From: Thermodesulfobacteriota bacterium
GTDB lineage: Bacteria > Desulfobacterota > Binatia > Bin18
Direction of reading: 5' to 3'
DNA length: 64,000 nt
NCBI GenBank assembly: GCA_964291405.2
Contig: OZ219926.1
Location: 320,001-384,000 of the forward strand
The notes under the pieces: generated by a model
Told to the model about the DNA's origin: nothing
What the model saw: the letters and a program-made list of their open reading frames with translations, nothing else
Database searches by the model: none
Made by a program: the position numbers and the translations under genes
In this document: in pieces, positions 19,020 to 28,379 of the stretch
Numbering within the stretch: position 1 is the stretch's first letter
Layout: each line of letters opens with the position of its first letter

Positions 19020-20234
19020 TCAAGAGGGGGGCGTTACCTCTGGTCCAAAGACAACCTTCAGAATGCGCCGTTTCCCAACCTGGAGGACCACCTCTCCTTG
19101 CGCGGGAACCTGCAACTCCACGTCACTGACCCGCTCCCCATCGATCCTCACCCCACCCTGTCGGATGAGCCGACGAGCCTCACTCGTGGATTTCACCAAG
19201 TCTGGGGTCTTCAGCAAATGGCACACCCACACGTGGGACTCTGTCCCAGACCAGGCGTACGACGGTATCTCCTCCGGACGTTGCCCGTGCTGAAAACGTC
19301 GAGAAAATTCTCCGGCCGCTCGTGCGGCCGCCGGACCATCATGAAAACGAGTCACCAGCTCGGCCGCTAGTTGTTTCTTGGCCTCCATCGGATGGACGCG
19401 TCCATCCGCAACCGCTTGAACGTGAGCGGCATCAACGGTACTGAGCAGTTCGTAGTAGCTCAGCATCAGCTCGTCAGAGATCGACATGATCTTGCCGTAC
19501 ATGTCGTCCGGCGGGTCGGTGATGCCGACCGCATTACCGAGCGATTTGCTCATCTTTTGCGTTCCATTAATGCCTTCGAGAATAGGCGTCGTCAGAATCA
19601 CCTGAGGTTCCTGACCAAAGCCGCGCTGTATCTCACGTCCAACCAGGAGATTGAAGCGTTGATCCGTTCCACCCAGTTCAACATCAGCCTGAAGAGCAAC
19701 GGAATCATAGCCCTGGAGCAACGGGTACAGGAACTCATGCACATGAATCGGCACCCCGGTTTGGAGGCGCTTCGAAAAATCATCCCGTTCAAGTAACCGG
19801 GCCACGGTGTAGTGGCCGCATAGTTTGACCATATCGGAGGGCGAAAGTGGATCGATCCATTCTGAATTAAAGCGGAGTTCGGTGAGGTCCGGATCAAGAA
19901 CCTTGAAGACCTGCTGGGTGTAGGTCTCCGCATTCGCCTTGACCTGCTCGCGTGTCAGGGCCTTCCGCGTTTCGGAACGACCGGTAGGGTCACCGATCAT
20001 GGCAGTAAAGTCACCGATTAAAAAAATGACCGTGTGCCCTAACTCCTGAAACTGGCGGAGTTTATTCAGCACGACGGTATGACCGAGATGCAGGTCCGGG
20101 GCGGACGGGTCCGCCCCCCATTTCACCCGTAAAGGTTCTCCGCGTTCGAGCTTTTGCACGAGTTCTTGCCACGGAATAATATCCACGGCTCCACGTCCAA
20201 TTTCCTTGAGTTGTTCCTCAACTGACAGGGTCAT
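19020..20234 (-). CDS. tyrS: Tyrosine--tRNA ligase
   Basis: [17 protein letters not shown]-terminal S4 domain. Confidence 0.99.
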   Translation of the reverse strand: MTLSVEEQLKEIGRGAVDIIPWQELVQKLERGEPLRVKWGADPSAPDLHLGHTVVLNKLRQFQELGHTVIFLIGDFTAMIGDPTGRSETRKALTREQVKANAETYTQQVFKVLDPDLTELRFNSEWIDPLSPSDMVKLCGHYTVARLLERDDFSKRLQTGVPIHVHEFLYPLLQGYDSVALQADVELGGTDQRFNLLVGREIQRGFGQEPQVILTTPILEGINGTQKMSKSLGNAVGITDPPDDMYGKIMSISDELMLSYYELLSTVDAAHVQAVADGRVHPMEAKKQLAAELVTRFHDGPAAARAAGEFSRRFQHGQRPEEIPSYAWSGTESHVWVCHLLKTPDLVKSTSEARRLIRQGGVRIDGERVSDVELQVPAQGEVVLQVGKRRILKVVFGPEVTPPS

Positions 20235-20249
20235 AGCCTCGCTGACCTT

Positions 20250-21800
20250 TTACCGTGCGTATTCGGTGGATCGTGATTCACGAATGACGGTGACTTTAAT
20301 CTGACCAGGATACGTCATCTCAGTCTCAATTTGCTTGGCAACCTCTCTGGCGATACTGGAGGCATCACCGTCCGACACTGAGCCTGGATTCACCATAATG
20401 CGCACTTCGCGGCCGGCCTGCACCGCAAACGACTTCTCTACGCCATTGAATGAACTGCTGATACGCTCCAGGTCTTCGAGTCGTTTGACATAGCTCTCCA
20501 GAACCTCGCGCCGAGCGCCCGGCCGAGCACCGGACAACGCATCCGCGGCATCAACAATAGGGGCCAGAACGGTTTCTGCCCGGACCTCCTCGTGGTGGGC
20601 AGCAATGGCGTTGACTATTTTTGCCGACTCACCGTATTTTCGAGCTACTTCTCCGCCGATGATCGCGTGCGAGCCTTCAATCTCGTGTGAGACCGCTTTC
20701 CCAATATCGTGGAGCAGTCCAGAACGTTTGGCCTGTTTCTCATTAAGCCCGAGTTCGGCTGCGATAATACCGCAGATATACGCCGTTTCTATTGAGTGCA
20801 TGAGGACATTCTGGCCATAGCTATATCGATACTTCAACATTCCGACCAGCTTGACGATCTCGGGATGAACCCCATTGATCCCAAGTTCAAGCACGGCTCG
20901 TTGACCAGCCTCGCGGACCGATTCTTCAACCTCGCCTTCCGCTTTTTTTACGACCTCCTCGATACGGCCCGGATTAATACGCCCATCCGATATCAGGCGT
21001 TCAAGCGCTACGCGCGTAATTTCTCGTCGAATGGGACTATGACTCGAAACCAGCACCGTTTCGGGCGTATCATCAATAACCAGATCGACCCCGGTCGCAG
21101 CCTCAAACGCCCGGATATTGCGTCCCTCACGGCCAATAATACGACCCTTCATATCGTCGCTGGGAAGATGAATAACTGACGCGGTCCGCTCGGAAACAAA
21201 CTCACCGGACAGGCGTTCAATCGCAATACTAATAATTTTTCGAGCTCGCCGGGTCGCTTCTTCTCGGGCTTCTTCTTCGACGGTCATAATCCGGCGTGAG
21301 GCGTCCTGGCGGGCCTCCTCGGTCATCTGGTCAACCAGGACTTGTTTCGCCTCATCCCGACTCAGGCCAGCTATTTGTTCAAGTTTCTGGCGCGTTTGGT
21401 CTATTAAGCGATTGTACTCTTGCTCTTTTTTCTGCTGACTGTCTGCTTTGCTCTTGAGGCTTTGTTCACGCCGATTCAAGCCCTCTTCCCGATCAGCCAG
21501 TGCCTCGGAGCGCTTCTCCAGCGCTTCATCTCGTCCTTGGAGACGGCGCTCAACCTGTTGAATTTCTTTCCGTCTTTCGTTTATCTCCTTCTCTACTTCG
21601 CTTTTCGCCTGCAAAATCGTATCTTTAGCCTGAACTTGGGCTTCTCGTTTAATGACCGATCCTTCTTTTTTTGCCTCATCGAGAATCTGCTGTGCAGCCT
21701 CCTCTGCACTGTGTATGGTTTCTTGGTTCCATTTTTGTCGCAGGAAGACGAGTCCTCCGGCACCAGCTGCTCCTATCAGCAGTCCTAAGACAAGTTCCAT
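20250..21800 (-). CDS. rny: Ribonuclease Y
   Basis: N-terminal TM and coiled coil, KH (KGRIIGREGRNI), HD (LLHDIGK); SD AAGGAGG before ATG 21800. Confidence 0.98.
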   Translation of the reverse strand: MELVLGLLIGAAGAGGLVFLRQKWNQETIHSAEEAAQQILDEAKKEGSVIKREAQVQAKDTILQAKSEVEKEINERRKEIQQVERRLQGRDEALEKRSEALADREEGLNRREQSLKSKADSQQKKEQEYNRLIDQTRQKLEQIAGLSRDEAKQVLVDQMTEEARQDASRRIMTVEEEAREEATRRARKIISIAIERLSGEFVSERTASVIHLPSDDMKGRIIGREGRNIRAFEAATGVDLVIDDTPETVLVSSHSPIRREITRVALERLISDGRINPGRIEEVVKKAEGEVEESVREAGQRAVLELGINGVHPEIVKLVGMLKYRYSYGQNVLMHSIETAYICGIIAAELGLNEKQAKRSGLLHDIGKAVSHEIEGSHAIIGGEVARKYGESAKIVNAIAAHHEEVRAETVLAPIVDAADALSGARPGARREVLESYVKRLEDLERISSSFNGVEKSFAVQAGREVRIMVNPGSVSDGDASSIAREVAKQIETEMTYPGQIKVTVIRESRSTEYAR

Positions 21801-21934
21801 TATTACCCTCCTTACCACACTCAGGTCGAATAACCTCGCTGTGGTAGCTACTACCCCCTATACGCATCCTCTTCGTAGATATCCTTTCTGATCAATACGT
21901 ATGGTCTCGGAGGCCACGCTCAATAAGCGCGGCT

Positions 21935-22095
21935 CCTGCAATAACAACCAGCACAGACCATTATCAGTTGTCACAGTCTCCTTCCTTCTTCACCCAAGGG
22001 CGGAAGGAGCGCAAGAGGGGGGCGTGCAATCGAAGTCACTCGCCTTCAGAATGCGAGTGGTGTTACGTGCTCTCTTCTCAGTCGAGAGTTGCAGA
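21935..22095 (-). ncRNA. ssrS: Probable 6S RNA
   Basis: Canonical position downstream of zapA; long-range pairing TCTGCAA/TTGCAGG and AGCAC..ACCA/TGGT..GTGCT gives an ~160-nt rod; followed by a hairpin at 21909-21936. Confidence 0.55.
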
Positions 22096-22098
22096 CAA

Positions 22099-22446
22099 CT
22101 AGCCGGTAGAGTGTGAGTTCAACGGATTATCAGCCGTTGTCTCATCTGCGCGGCTTTCGGCTTCCTCCAAACGCTGAAGAAGTCGGCTTGAAATCAACTC
22201 AGCTTCCTGGATGAGCTGGGTTTCTTGCTGGTTCGATTCCTGCTGACCGGACTTGGCCAATTCGTCGGCAATACTCAACGCCGCCATAATCGCGACTCGA
22301 AAAGGGACCGTCACTTTTGCACTTTCCGCAATCTGGCGCATGCGCTGGTCAACAAAAGAAGCAATTTCTCGAACATATTGCTCATCATCTTCACTCGTCA
22401 CCGTGAAGGTTTGTCCAAAAATATGCACTTCCATTAATCGCTTCAT
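22099..22446 (-). CDS. zapA: Cell division protein ZapA
   Basis: VHIFGQTFTV...IASFVDQRM...VAIMAALSIADEL. Confidence 0.93.
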   Translation of the reverse strand: MKRLMEVHIFGQTFTVTSEDDEQYVREIASFVDQRMRQIAESAKVTVPFRVAIMAALSIADELAKSGQQESNQQETQLIQEAELISSRLLQRLEEAESRADETTADNPLNSHSTG

Positions 22447-22449
22447 CGC

Positions 22450-22692
22450 CTAGCCTTCGTCCTCCCAGGCAATCCCCAAATGGCTGAATTGAGTCAGGAT
22501 TTTCTCCAAGCGGCTCCGAATCTCGTTTCGCTCCGCTTCGTATTGCTGGATTCGCTTAAGCAAGAGCGCATATTCGTGCTCTTGTTCATCAATTCGAATC
22601 AGCAGTGCACTATTTGCACTCTGGACCTGCTCGTGGCGTTCCAAGAATCCATCCAGTTTCGCCTCAAGAAGTTTTAGGCTTTCCAGCGCCAT
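22450..22692 (-). CDS. zapB: ZapB-like coiled-coil protein
   Basis: Short pure coiled coil directly upstream of zapA. Confidence 0.7.
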   Translation of the reverse strand: MALESLKLLEAKLDGFLERHEQVQSANSALLIRIDEQEHEYALLLKRIQQYEAERNEIRSRLEKILTQFSHLGIAWEDEG

Positions 22693-22757
22693 TACCACCC
22701 TAGAATAAAGTAAAAGTTTACCCTATTGCCTCTTAGACGTGGCGTCAAGAGAAATAT

Positions 22758-23786
22758 TTATTCCGTAGGATGGTCGAAGAGTGCCGTAATAAAATCATCC
22801 GGGGAAAAGACTTCTAAATCTTCAAGCTGTTCTCCAAGTCCAATATACTGAATCGGCACACCAAGCTGGCTCCCGACAGCTAGGGCAACTCCGCCTTTTG
22901 CTGATCCATCCATTTTCGATAAGATCACACCGGTAAGCGGGAAGGCCGCCTGAAAGGTCCGTGCTTGGCTGAGAGCATTCTGTCCAGTTCCGGCATCCAA
23001 AACCAGCAAAACCTCATGCGGTGCCCCAGAAATCTCCCGCCCAATGACTCGGTGTGTTTTTTTGAGCTCCTCCATAAGCGGCGTTTTGGTATGGAGCCGC
23101 CCAGCCGTATCAATCAGGACGACATCGACCCCACGTGCCACCGCAGCACGGACACCGTCAAAGACCACGGCTGAGGGCGAGGCGCCGTCCTGATGCTTAA
23201 TGATATCAAGGCCTAAGCGCTCGGCCCAGACTGAGAGTTGCTCAATGGCAGCGGCTCGAAAAGTATCTCCGGCGACCAGCAGGACCGTTTTTCCTTCTTC
23301 TTTCAGCCGCGCCGCTAACTTCGCAATAGAGGTTGTCTTCCCCGCACCATTAACACCGACAACCAGAATGACTCTTGGACATGCGCCATCACTCCATTCA
23401 ACGGGCTGAGCCTCACTCTCAAGAAGGGACTGGAGTTCAGCCTTGAGATCAGAACGGAGCGATTCGGCCTCGTCCTGAGACGGTTTACCTATCTGGACTG
23501 TATGTGTACGGGCACGTAGACGCTCTACAATCTGCAAGGAGGTTTCAACTCCAACATCGGCTTGGATAAGGACCTCCTCCAGGTCGGAGAAGAAGATTTC
23601 TCTCGACTGTCGGCGCTGCTCTGACGAGACATCAAAGGGACGACGCAAAAGGTCCCGCAATCGAGTGAGTCCACGTCGCCAGCGCGCATCTTTCGGAATC
23701 GGGGCAGGAGTATGTGTATCTACGACCGGGGGAGAAGCAGAGTCCGTCTGCACCTTCTCTTTTCGCTGCCAAAATCGGAGAGCCAT
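22758..23786 (-). CDS. ftsY: SRP receptor FtsY
   Basis: GVNGAGKTT, DTFRAAA, DTAGR, KMDGSAKGG. Confidence 0.98.
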   Translation of the reverse strand: MALRFWQRKEKVQTDSASPPVVDTHTPAPIPKDARWRRGLTRLRDLLRRPFDVSSEQRRQSREIFFSDLEEVLIQADVGVETSLQIVERLRARTHTVQIGKPSQDEAESLRSDLKAELQSLLESEAQPVEWSDGACPRVILVVGVNGAGKTTSIAKLAARLKEEGKTVLLVAGDTFRAAAIEQLSVWAERLGLDIIKHQDGASPSAVVFDGVRAAVARGVDVVLIDTAGRLHTKTPLMEELKKTHRVIGREISGAPHEVLLVLDAGTGQNALSQARTFQAAFPLTGVILSKMDGSAKGGVALAVGSQLGVPIQYIGLGEQLEDLEVFSPDDFITALFDHPTE

Positions 23787-26700
23787 CAGGACACACGCAC
23801 GGACACCATGGTCGACACACCCGGATCCTGCATAGTGACGCCGTAGAGCGTATCCGCCACCTCCATAGTGCGCTTATTATGCGTAATCAGAACAATCTGC
23901 GTCGTCTCGCTCATTTCTCGCAATAACTGGTTAAACCGCCCAACGTTGGCATCGTCCAGCGGCGCATCGACCTCATCGAGAATACAGAACGGACTCGGCC
24001 GTATCAAAAACAGGGCAAATGTGAAACTCAGCGCGGCCAGGGCCTTCTCTCCTCCAGAAAGAAGCTGCATAGAGCGGAGGCGTTTACCTGGAGGTTGAAC
24101 CTCTAGTTCGACACCACTCTCAGACAAATCCGCTTCATTGGTCAGAGTAATATGGGCCTGACCACCCTCAACTAAACGCGCGTACACCTCATCAAACTTC
24201 GCGTTCACCTGGTGGAAGGTTTCCCGAAAACGATCCCGCGACTCACGGTTTAACTTATTGATTGTACTTTGCAAATCTTCAATTGAATGCAACAGGTCAG
24301 CCTTCTGGGATTCAATAGAAGTAAAGCGCTCCTGGACCTCATCAAGCTCAACCGCAGCGTTGGGATTGACCTCACCAAGCCGAGCAAGCTTCTCGCGTAA
24401 TTCCTGACGGCGCGATTCTCCCTCAGCTTGGTCAAGTTCCTGGTGACTATAGACTGAGAGGACTTCTGTCAGCTTCACCTGATAGCGTTCCTGAACCGTC
24501 TCCTCAAGATGTTCACGACTCACCCGCTTTTCAGCCAGACTCACCTCAACCTGTCTTTTTTCCTCTTGCAGCTGAGTTGCCGCCTGTCGATTCTCTTCGA
24601 TAAGCGTTTCACACTGCTGGGCAGTTGCCCGGAGCTGGGCACACTCAGCATCGTGACGGGTGCGTTTTGCTTCCGCCGAATCAAGGCTGGAGAGCGTCTG
24701 GGTCACCTGATCTTCTAACGCAGCCTTTTCCAACAGGAGACGCTCTGCCTCTTGCTTGCCAGCCTGGATATCAGCTTGGCCGGCCTGTATCCGTTCTTCC
24801 AAGTCCTGCATCTGGCGTCTGAGTTGGTCCACCTGAGTCTGGAGGCCACCGTAGCGTTCTCGGTGTTCGGCAAGGCGGACACGCAGGTCATCCATCTGCG
24901 TACGGTGCCGGTCACACACGACTTTTGCTTCTTCCATCTCTACTTGTCGAACGGCTAGCAGGTCTTCACGCTCCTGACGTTGCGTCGCAATAGCGAGTGC
25001 CTGCGTGTGGGCCTTCTGTATGTCAGCCTGTAAAGACTGACTTTCTTGTTCCAAGGCGTTCTGCTCGTAGCTTACCCCTTCTCCACGGTCAAGCAAGCGG
25101 CGTACTTCACCTTCAAGCTGCCCCGCCTCGCGCTGAAGTGCTTCATTCTCTTGGCCCAGCTTCTGGGCTTGCACGTCAAGACTCCGCAACTCACCTTCGA
25201 GTACCTGTTGGCGTTGCTTCAGGGTTTGCCGTTGTTCGACAAGGTTGGACACGCGCTCAGCCTGTTGGGATAGTTCCTGCCGCAACCCTCGAATTTCACG
25301 TCGCCGCTCAAGGAGGACTGCTCCCGCAACGCCACCACTCCCTCCACTGACTCCACCAAGAGCGGAAATGACTTCTCCCTGTGGCGTAACATAGGTCTGG
25401 GCGTCCTTGCTCTGGTTCCAGAGTTCCAGCCCAACCCGGAGGTTGGGAACGAGCACCACATCACCCAGGAGGGCTTCGACCATCTGTCTATAGTCGGGCG
25501 GAATATCAACGTGGCGGATGAGGGGAGACACTCCCTCTCCAACAGTCGCCCACATCGGCCCGTCAGCCCTAGTCAGACTCGGCGTCTGTTTGTCACACTG
25601 GAGTTGGAGCGGAATAAAATGCCCGTGCCCAGACTGCATCTGGTTCAAATAGTCAACCGCAGCGACACCGGCCTCGGTGTCTGTCACCACCATATACTCC
25701 AGCTTCTCCCGTAACACAGCGGCAACCGCGCGCTCATAGGCTTGCGGCACTTCTATCATTTGCGCCACGACTCCAAGAATGGCGGCAGGAAAGTCGCAGT
25801 CAGTCATGACCGACTGGACGCCTTGGTCATAGCGGTCGTACCCTTGTTCGAGCTCTTCCAAGGTCGTCAAGCGCGCTTGCATTTCTGCTTGCTTGGCCCT
25901 CGCCTCAGAGAGAGTTGTATCCAGTTGTTCTCCAGCACGAATAGCTACCCGCAGTTCTCTATCCTTTTCTTCGCGCTGCTGCTGTCCGTGTTGGACGCGC
26001 TGGTGAAGAGCCGATGATTTTTCCTGGAGCACGGCAAGTGCCTGCTCACGATCTGCCTGGAGTTGGCCAACCTGCTTGGCGTCGTCAGCCAGCACTTCTA
26101 ACCGCAGGGTAACCTTCTCAGTCTGCTCACGGGAGTTGGCCAGTGTGTTTTGGACTTGCGATTCCTGAGTGAGAAGATCAACCATTTCGGTCTTGAGTTC
26201 TTCAACCTGGGATTCATGCTGCAGGGCAGTGTCTTGCAGGTCGATGAGGGTGTGCTCTTGTGCCTGCAGGGCGTCTTCATCGTGTCGTATCTGCTGAGCC
26301 ACCTCTGCCGCACTCGCCATTCGCTGAGAGAACTCTTGTTCCACCTGCTCTTTTTTCTCTGACACCAGACGATAGTCATGCTCCGCGTTGGTAAGACGTG
26401 ATTGGACCTGCTCCTCCTGCTGTGCTCGGAACGACTGTTTCTGCTCGGACTGCTGAAGCGTACTTTCCAGCGCGTGGAGGCGCTCCTCAAGTTCTCGGAG
26501 CGCGTCCTCCTCACGTGCAACCCGCTCTGCTGTGGACATCCGCTCTGCTTGAAGGGTGTGGATCTTTTGGCTGAGTTGCTCTTCTTCTCGTCCGACCGCG
26601 GCCTGTCGGCTAACCAAGCTGTGGACCTCTGCTGTCAATGCCTGGTAGGCGCGACTCTGGAGCGTGATATCAATGGTTTTCAACTCGTCCTGGAGCACCT

Positions 26701-27397
26701 TATATTGTTCGGCCTTTTTTGCCTGACGACGGAGGGTACCCAACTGACGGTCCATCTCATGCAGCAGATCAGAGACCCGAGACAAATTCTCTCGGGTTCG
26801 TTCGAGTTTGCGCTCGGCAGCCAAACGGCGACTACGATACAAACTCACTCCGGCGGCTTCTTCCACGAGTACCCGGATATCTTGTGCTTTGGCGTTAATC
26901 AGCGCCTCGACACGACCTTGCTCAATAATGGCGTAGGCTTTCGTGCCCGCTCCGGTCCCAAGAAAGAATTCAACAATATCGCGCAAACGGCAGGGGACCT
27001 TGTTGAAAAGATATTCAGAGTCTCCAGACCGAAAATAGCGCCGCGATACCATGACTTCGGTCCAGTCCGGCCCGGTGCCATTCTTATGGGCACCGTTGTG
27101 GCCATTCGTCCCGTTAACGGACAGGCCGGGGGGGGCCACATTTTCCAAGAGGAGGGAGACATCGGCCATGCCGAGCGGCGCACTGCTGTCATTCCCGGCA
27201 AAGACCACATCACTCATCTCCTGACCACGGAGATGTTTGGCGCTCTGCTCGCCCAGAACCCAGCGTAAGGCGTCGACAATATTCGACTTCCCGCAGCCGT
27301 TTGGACCAACGACGGCAGTAATTCCTTTCGGAAAGGTGAGCGTCGTCTTCTGCTTAAAAGATTTAAATCCGAGGAGTTCGAGCTGTTTGATCCGCAT
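23786..27397 (-). CDS. smc: Chromosome segregation protein SMC
   Basis: GFKSF, GPNGCGKSN, long coiled coils with hinge, LSGGEK, LDEVDAPLD. Confidence 0.98.
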   Translation of the reverse strand: MRIKQLELLGFKSFKQKTTLTFPKGITAVVGPNGCGKSNIVDALRWVLGEQSAKHLRGQEMSDVVFAGNDSSAPLGMADVSLLLENVAPPGLSVNGTNGHNGAHKNGTGPDWTEVMVSRRYFRSGDSEYLFNKVPCRLRDIVEFFLGTGAGTKAYAIIEQGRVEALINAKAQDIRVLVEEAAGVSLYRSRRLAAERKLERTRENLSRVSDLLHEMDRQLGTLRRQAKKAEQYKVLQDELKTIDITLQSRAYQALTAEVHSLVSRQAAVGREEEQLSQKIHTLQAERMSTAERVAREEDALRELEERLHALESTLQQSEQKQSFRAQQEEQVQSRLTNAEHDYRLVSEKKEQVEQEFSQRMASAAEVAQQIRHDEDALQAQEHTLIDLQDTALQHESQVEELKTEMVDLLTQESQVQNTLANSREQTEKVTLRLEVLADDAKQVGQLQADREQALAVLQEKSSALHQRVQHGQQQREEKDRELRVAIRAGEQLDTTLSEARAKQAEMQARLTTLEELEQGYDRYDQGVQSVMTDCDFPAAILGVVAQMIEVPQAYERAVAAVLREKLEYMVVTDTEAGVAAVDYLNQMQSGHGHFIPLQLQCDKQTPSLTRADGPMWATVGEGVSPLIRHVDIPPDYRQMVEALLGDVVLVPNLRVGLELWNQSKDAQTYVTPQGEVISALGGVSGGSGGVAGAVLLERRREIRGLRQELSQQAERVSNLVEQRQTLKQRQQVLEGELRSLDVQAQKLGQENEALQREAGQLEGEVRRLLDRGEGVSYEQNALEQESQSLQADIQKAHTQALAIATQRQEREDLLAVRQVEMEEAKVVCDRHRTQMDDLRVRLAEHRERYGGLQTQVDQLRRQMQDLEERIQAGQADIQAGKQEAERLLLEKAALEDQVTQTLSSLDSAEAKRTRHDAECAQLRATAQQCETLIEENRQAATQLQEEKRQVEVSLAEKRVSREHLEETVQERYQVKLTEVLSVYSHQELDQAEGESRRQELREKLARLGEVNPNAAVELDEVQERFTSIESQKADLLHSIEDLQSTINKLNRESRDRFRETFHQVNAKFDEVYARLVEGGQAHITLTNEADLSESGVELEVQPPGKRLRSMQLLSGGEKALAALSFTFALFLIRPSPFCILDEVDAPLDDANVGRFNQLLREMSETTQIVLITHNKRTMEVADTLYGVTMQDPGVSTMVSVRVS

Positions 27398-27502
27398 TTG
27401 CCCCACAACGCCTCCAAATCCTCCCCGCCTCTTTCCTCGTACCAAGGGTAGCACCGACTCACTGGCTACTCACGCAAGAGAAAGGGCTCTGAGATCATAC
27501 TG

Positions 27503-27518
27503 CTACTATATCTTGTGG
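27503..27518. promoter_or_regulatory. NrdR-box-like site upstream of smc
   Basis: CTACTATATCTTGTGG versus consensus acaCwAtATaTwGtgt. Confidence 0.4.
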
Positions 27519-27563
27519 ATACAAGAAAATCCAGCAGGAATCAGAGAGAAGGAGGTCTGAAGA

Positions 27564-28169
27564 CTACCGTTCCAGGAGCTCGGTATTCCAGTAGGCCGCA
27601 TCGACCTCGTTGAGAAAAGGCAACCATTCCTGGTAGCGCTTGAAGGTGAACGTCTCAAGCATAAAGGGGGTCCACTCGGGTTGAACCGGCTTCTTGATCA
27701 ACCTCATTCTTGCTTCTTCAGGCCGGCGGCCACCTTTCACGCGGTTGCAGCGTAAACAGGAGCAGACAATATTTGCCCAGGTCGAGAGACCACCCTGGGA
27801 GCGGGGGATGACGTGGTCGAGATTCAGCTCGCTACGCGAAAGACGCCGGCCACAGTATTGACACGTATTCTTATCGCGCGCAAAAACGTTGAAGCGGCTG
27901 AACCGCACCTGGCGTCGCGGAATCCGATCATACGAAACGAGCAGAATGACGCGTGGCACCCGAATGGCACGCCCGATAAGACCAATGGTATCATCGTGGA
28001 CGGTTGCTGACAGTGCGCTCCAGCTCTCATAGTCAAACGTGCGATACTGCTCATCGACCGCTTTCGCAATGCCCTGATAGAGCAGGGAGAATGCCCGCCG
28101 GACCGATGTGACATGCACCGGAAAGTAAGACCGATTAAGAACGAGCACTTTGGTATTGAGAACGCTCAT
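27564..28169 (-). CDS. HNH endonuclease
   Basis: VLVLNRSY, RDKNTCQYCG, LDHVIPRSQGG, CLRCNRVKG. Confidence 0.95.
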   Translation of the reverse strand: MSVLNTKVLVLNRSYFPVHVTSVRRAFSLLYQGIAKAVDEQYRTFDYESWSALSATVHDDTIGLIGRAIRVPRVILLVSYDRIPRRQVRFSRFNVFARDKNTCQYCGRRLSRSELNLDHVIPRSQGGLSTWANIVCSCLRCNRVKGGRRPEEARMRLIKKPVQPEWTPFMLETFTFKRYQEWLPFLNEVDAAYWNTELLER

Positions 28170-28379
28170 GTGCTCCTAACCCATCAAGAAAAACAGGGTT
28201 TTCCGTTGATCGAGAATATCGGACCCGTATACCCAGCCCTGTTCTACGTGTCAAGGTTTTCACCAGAATTTAACGTGATGATTTGACACACCATCCAAAG
28301 GGGGATGTCTTCTCCTTGCGGGGCTGTCGGGGTTTCCGATATAAAGAAGTATGAAGAGAGGTATCTATTGAGTGCGGGG

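Noticed and set aside
27564-28169. HNH nuclease as a mobile, defence or Cas-like effector
   Set aside because: Common stand-alone HNH family in core-gene context; no repeats, RuvC motifs or array nearby
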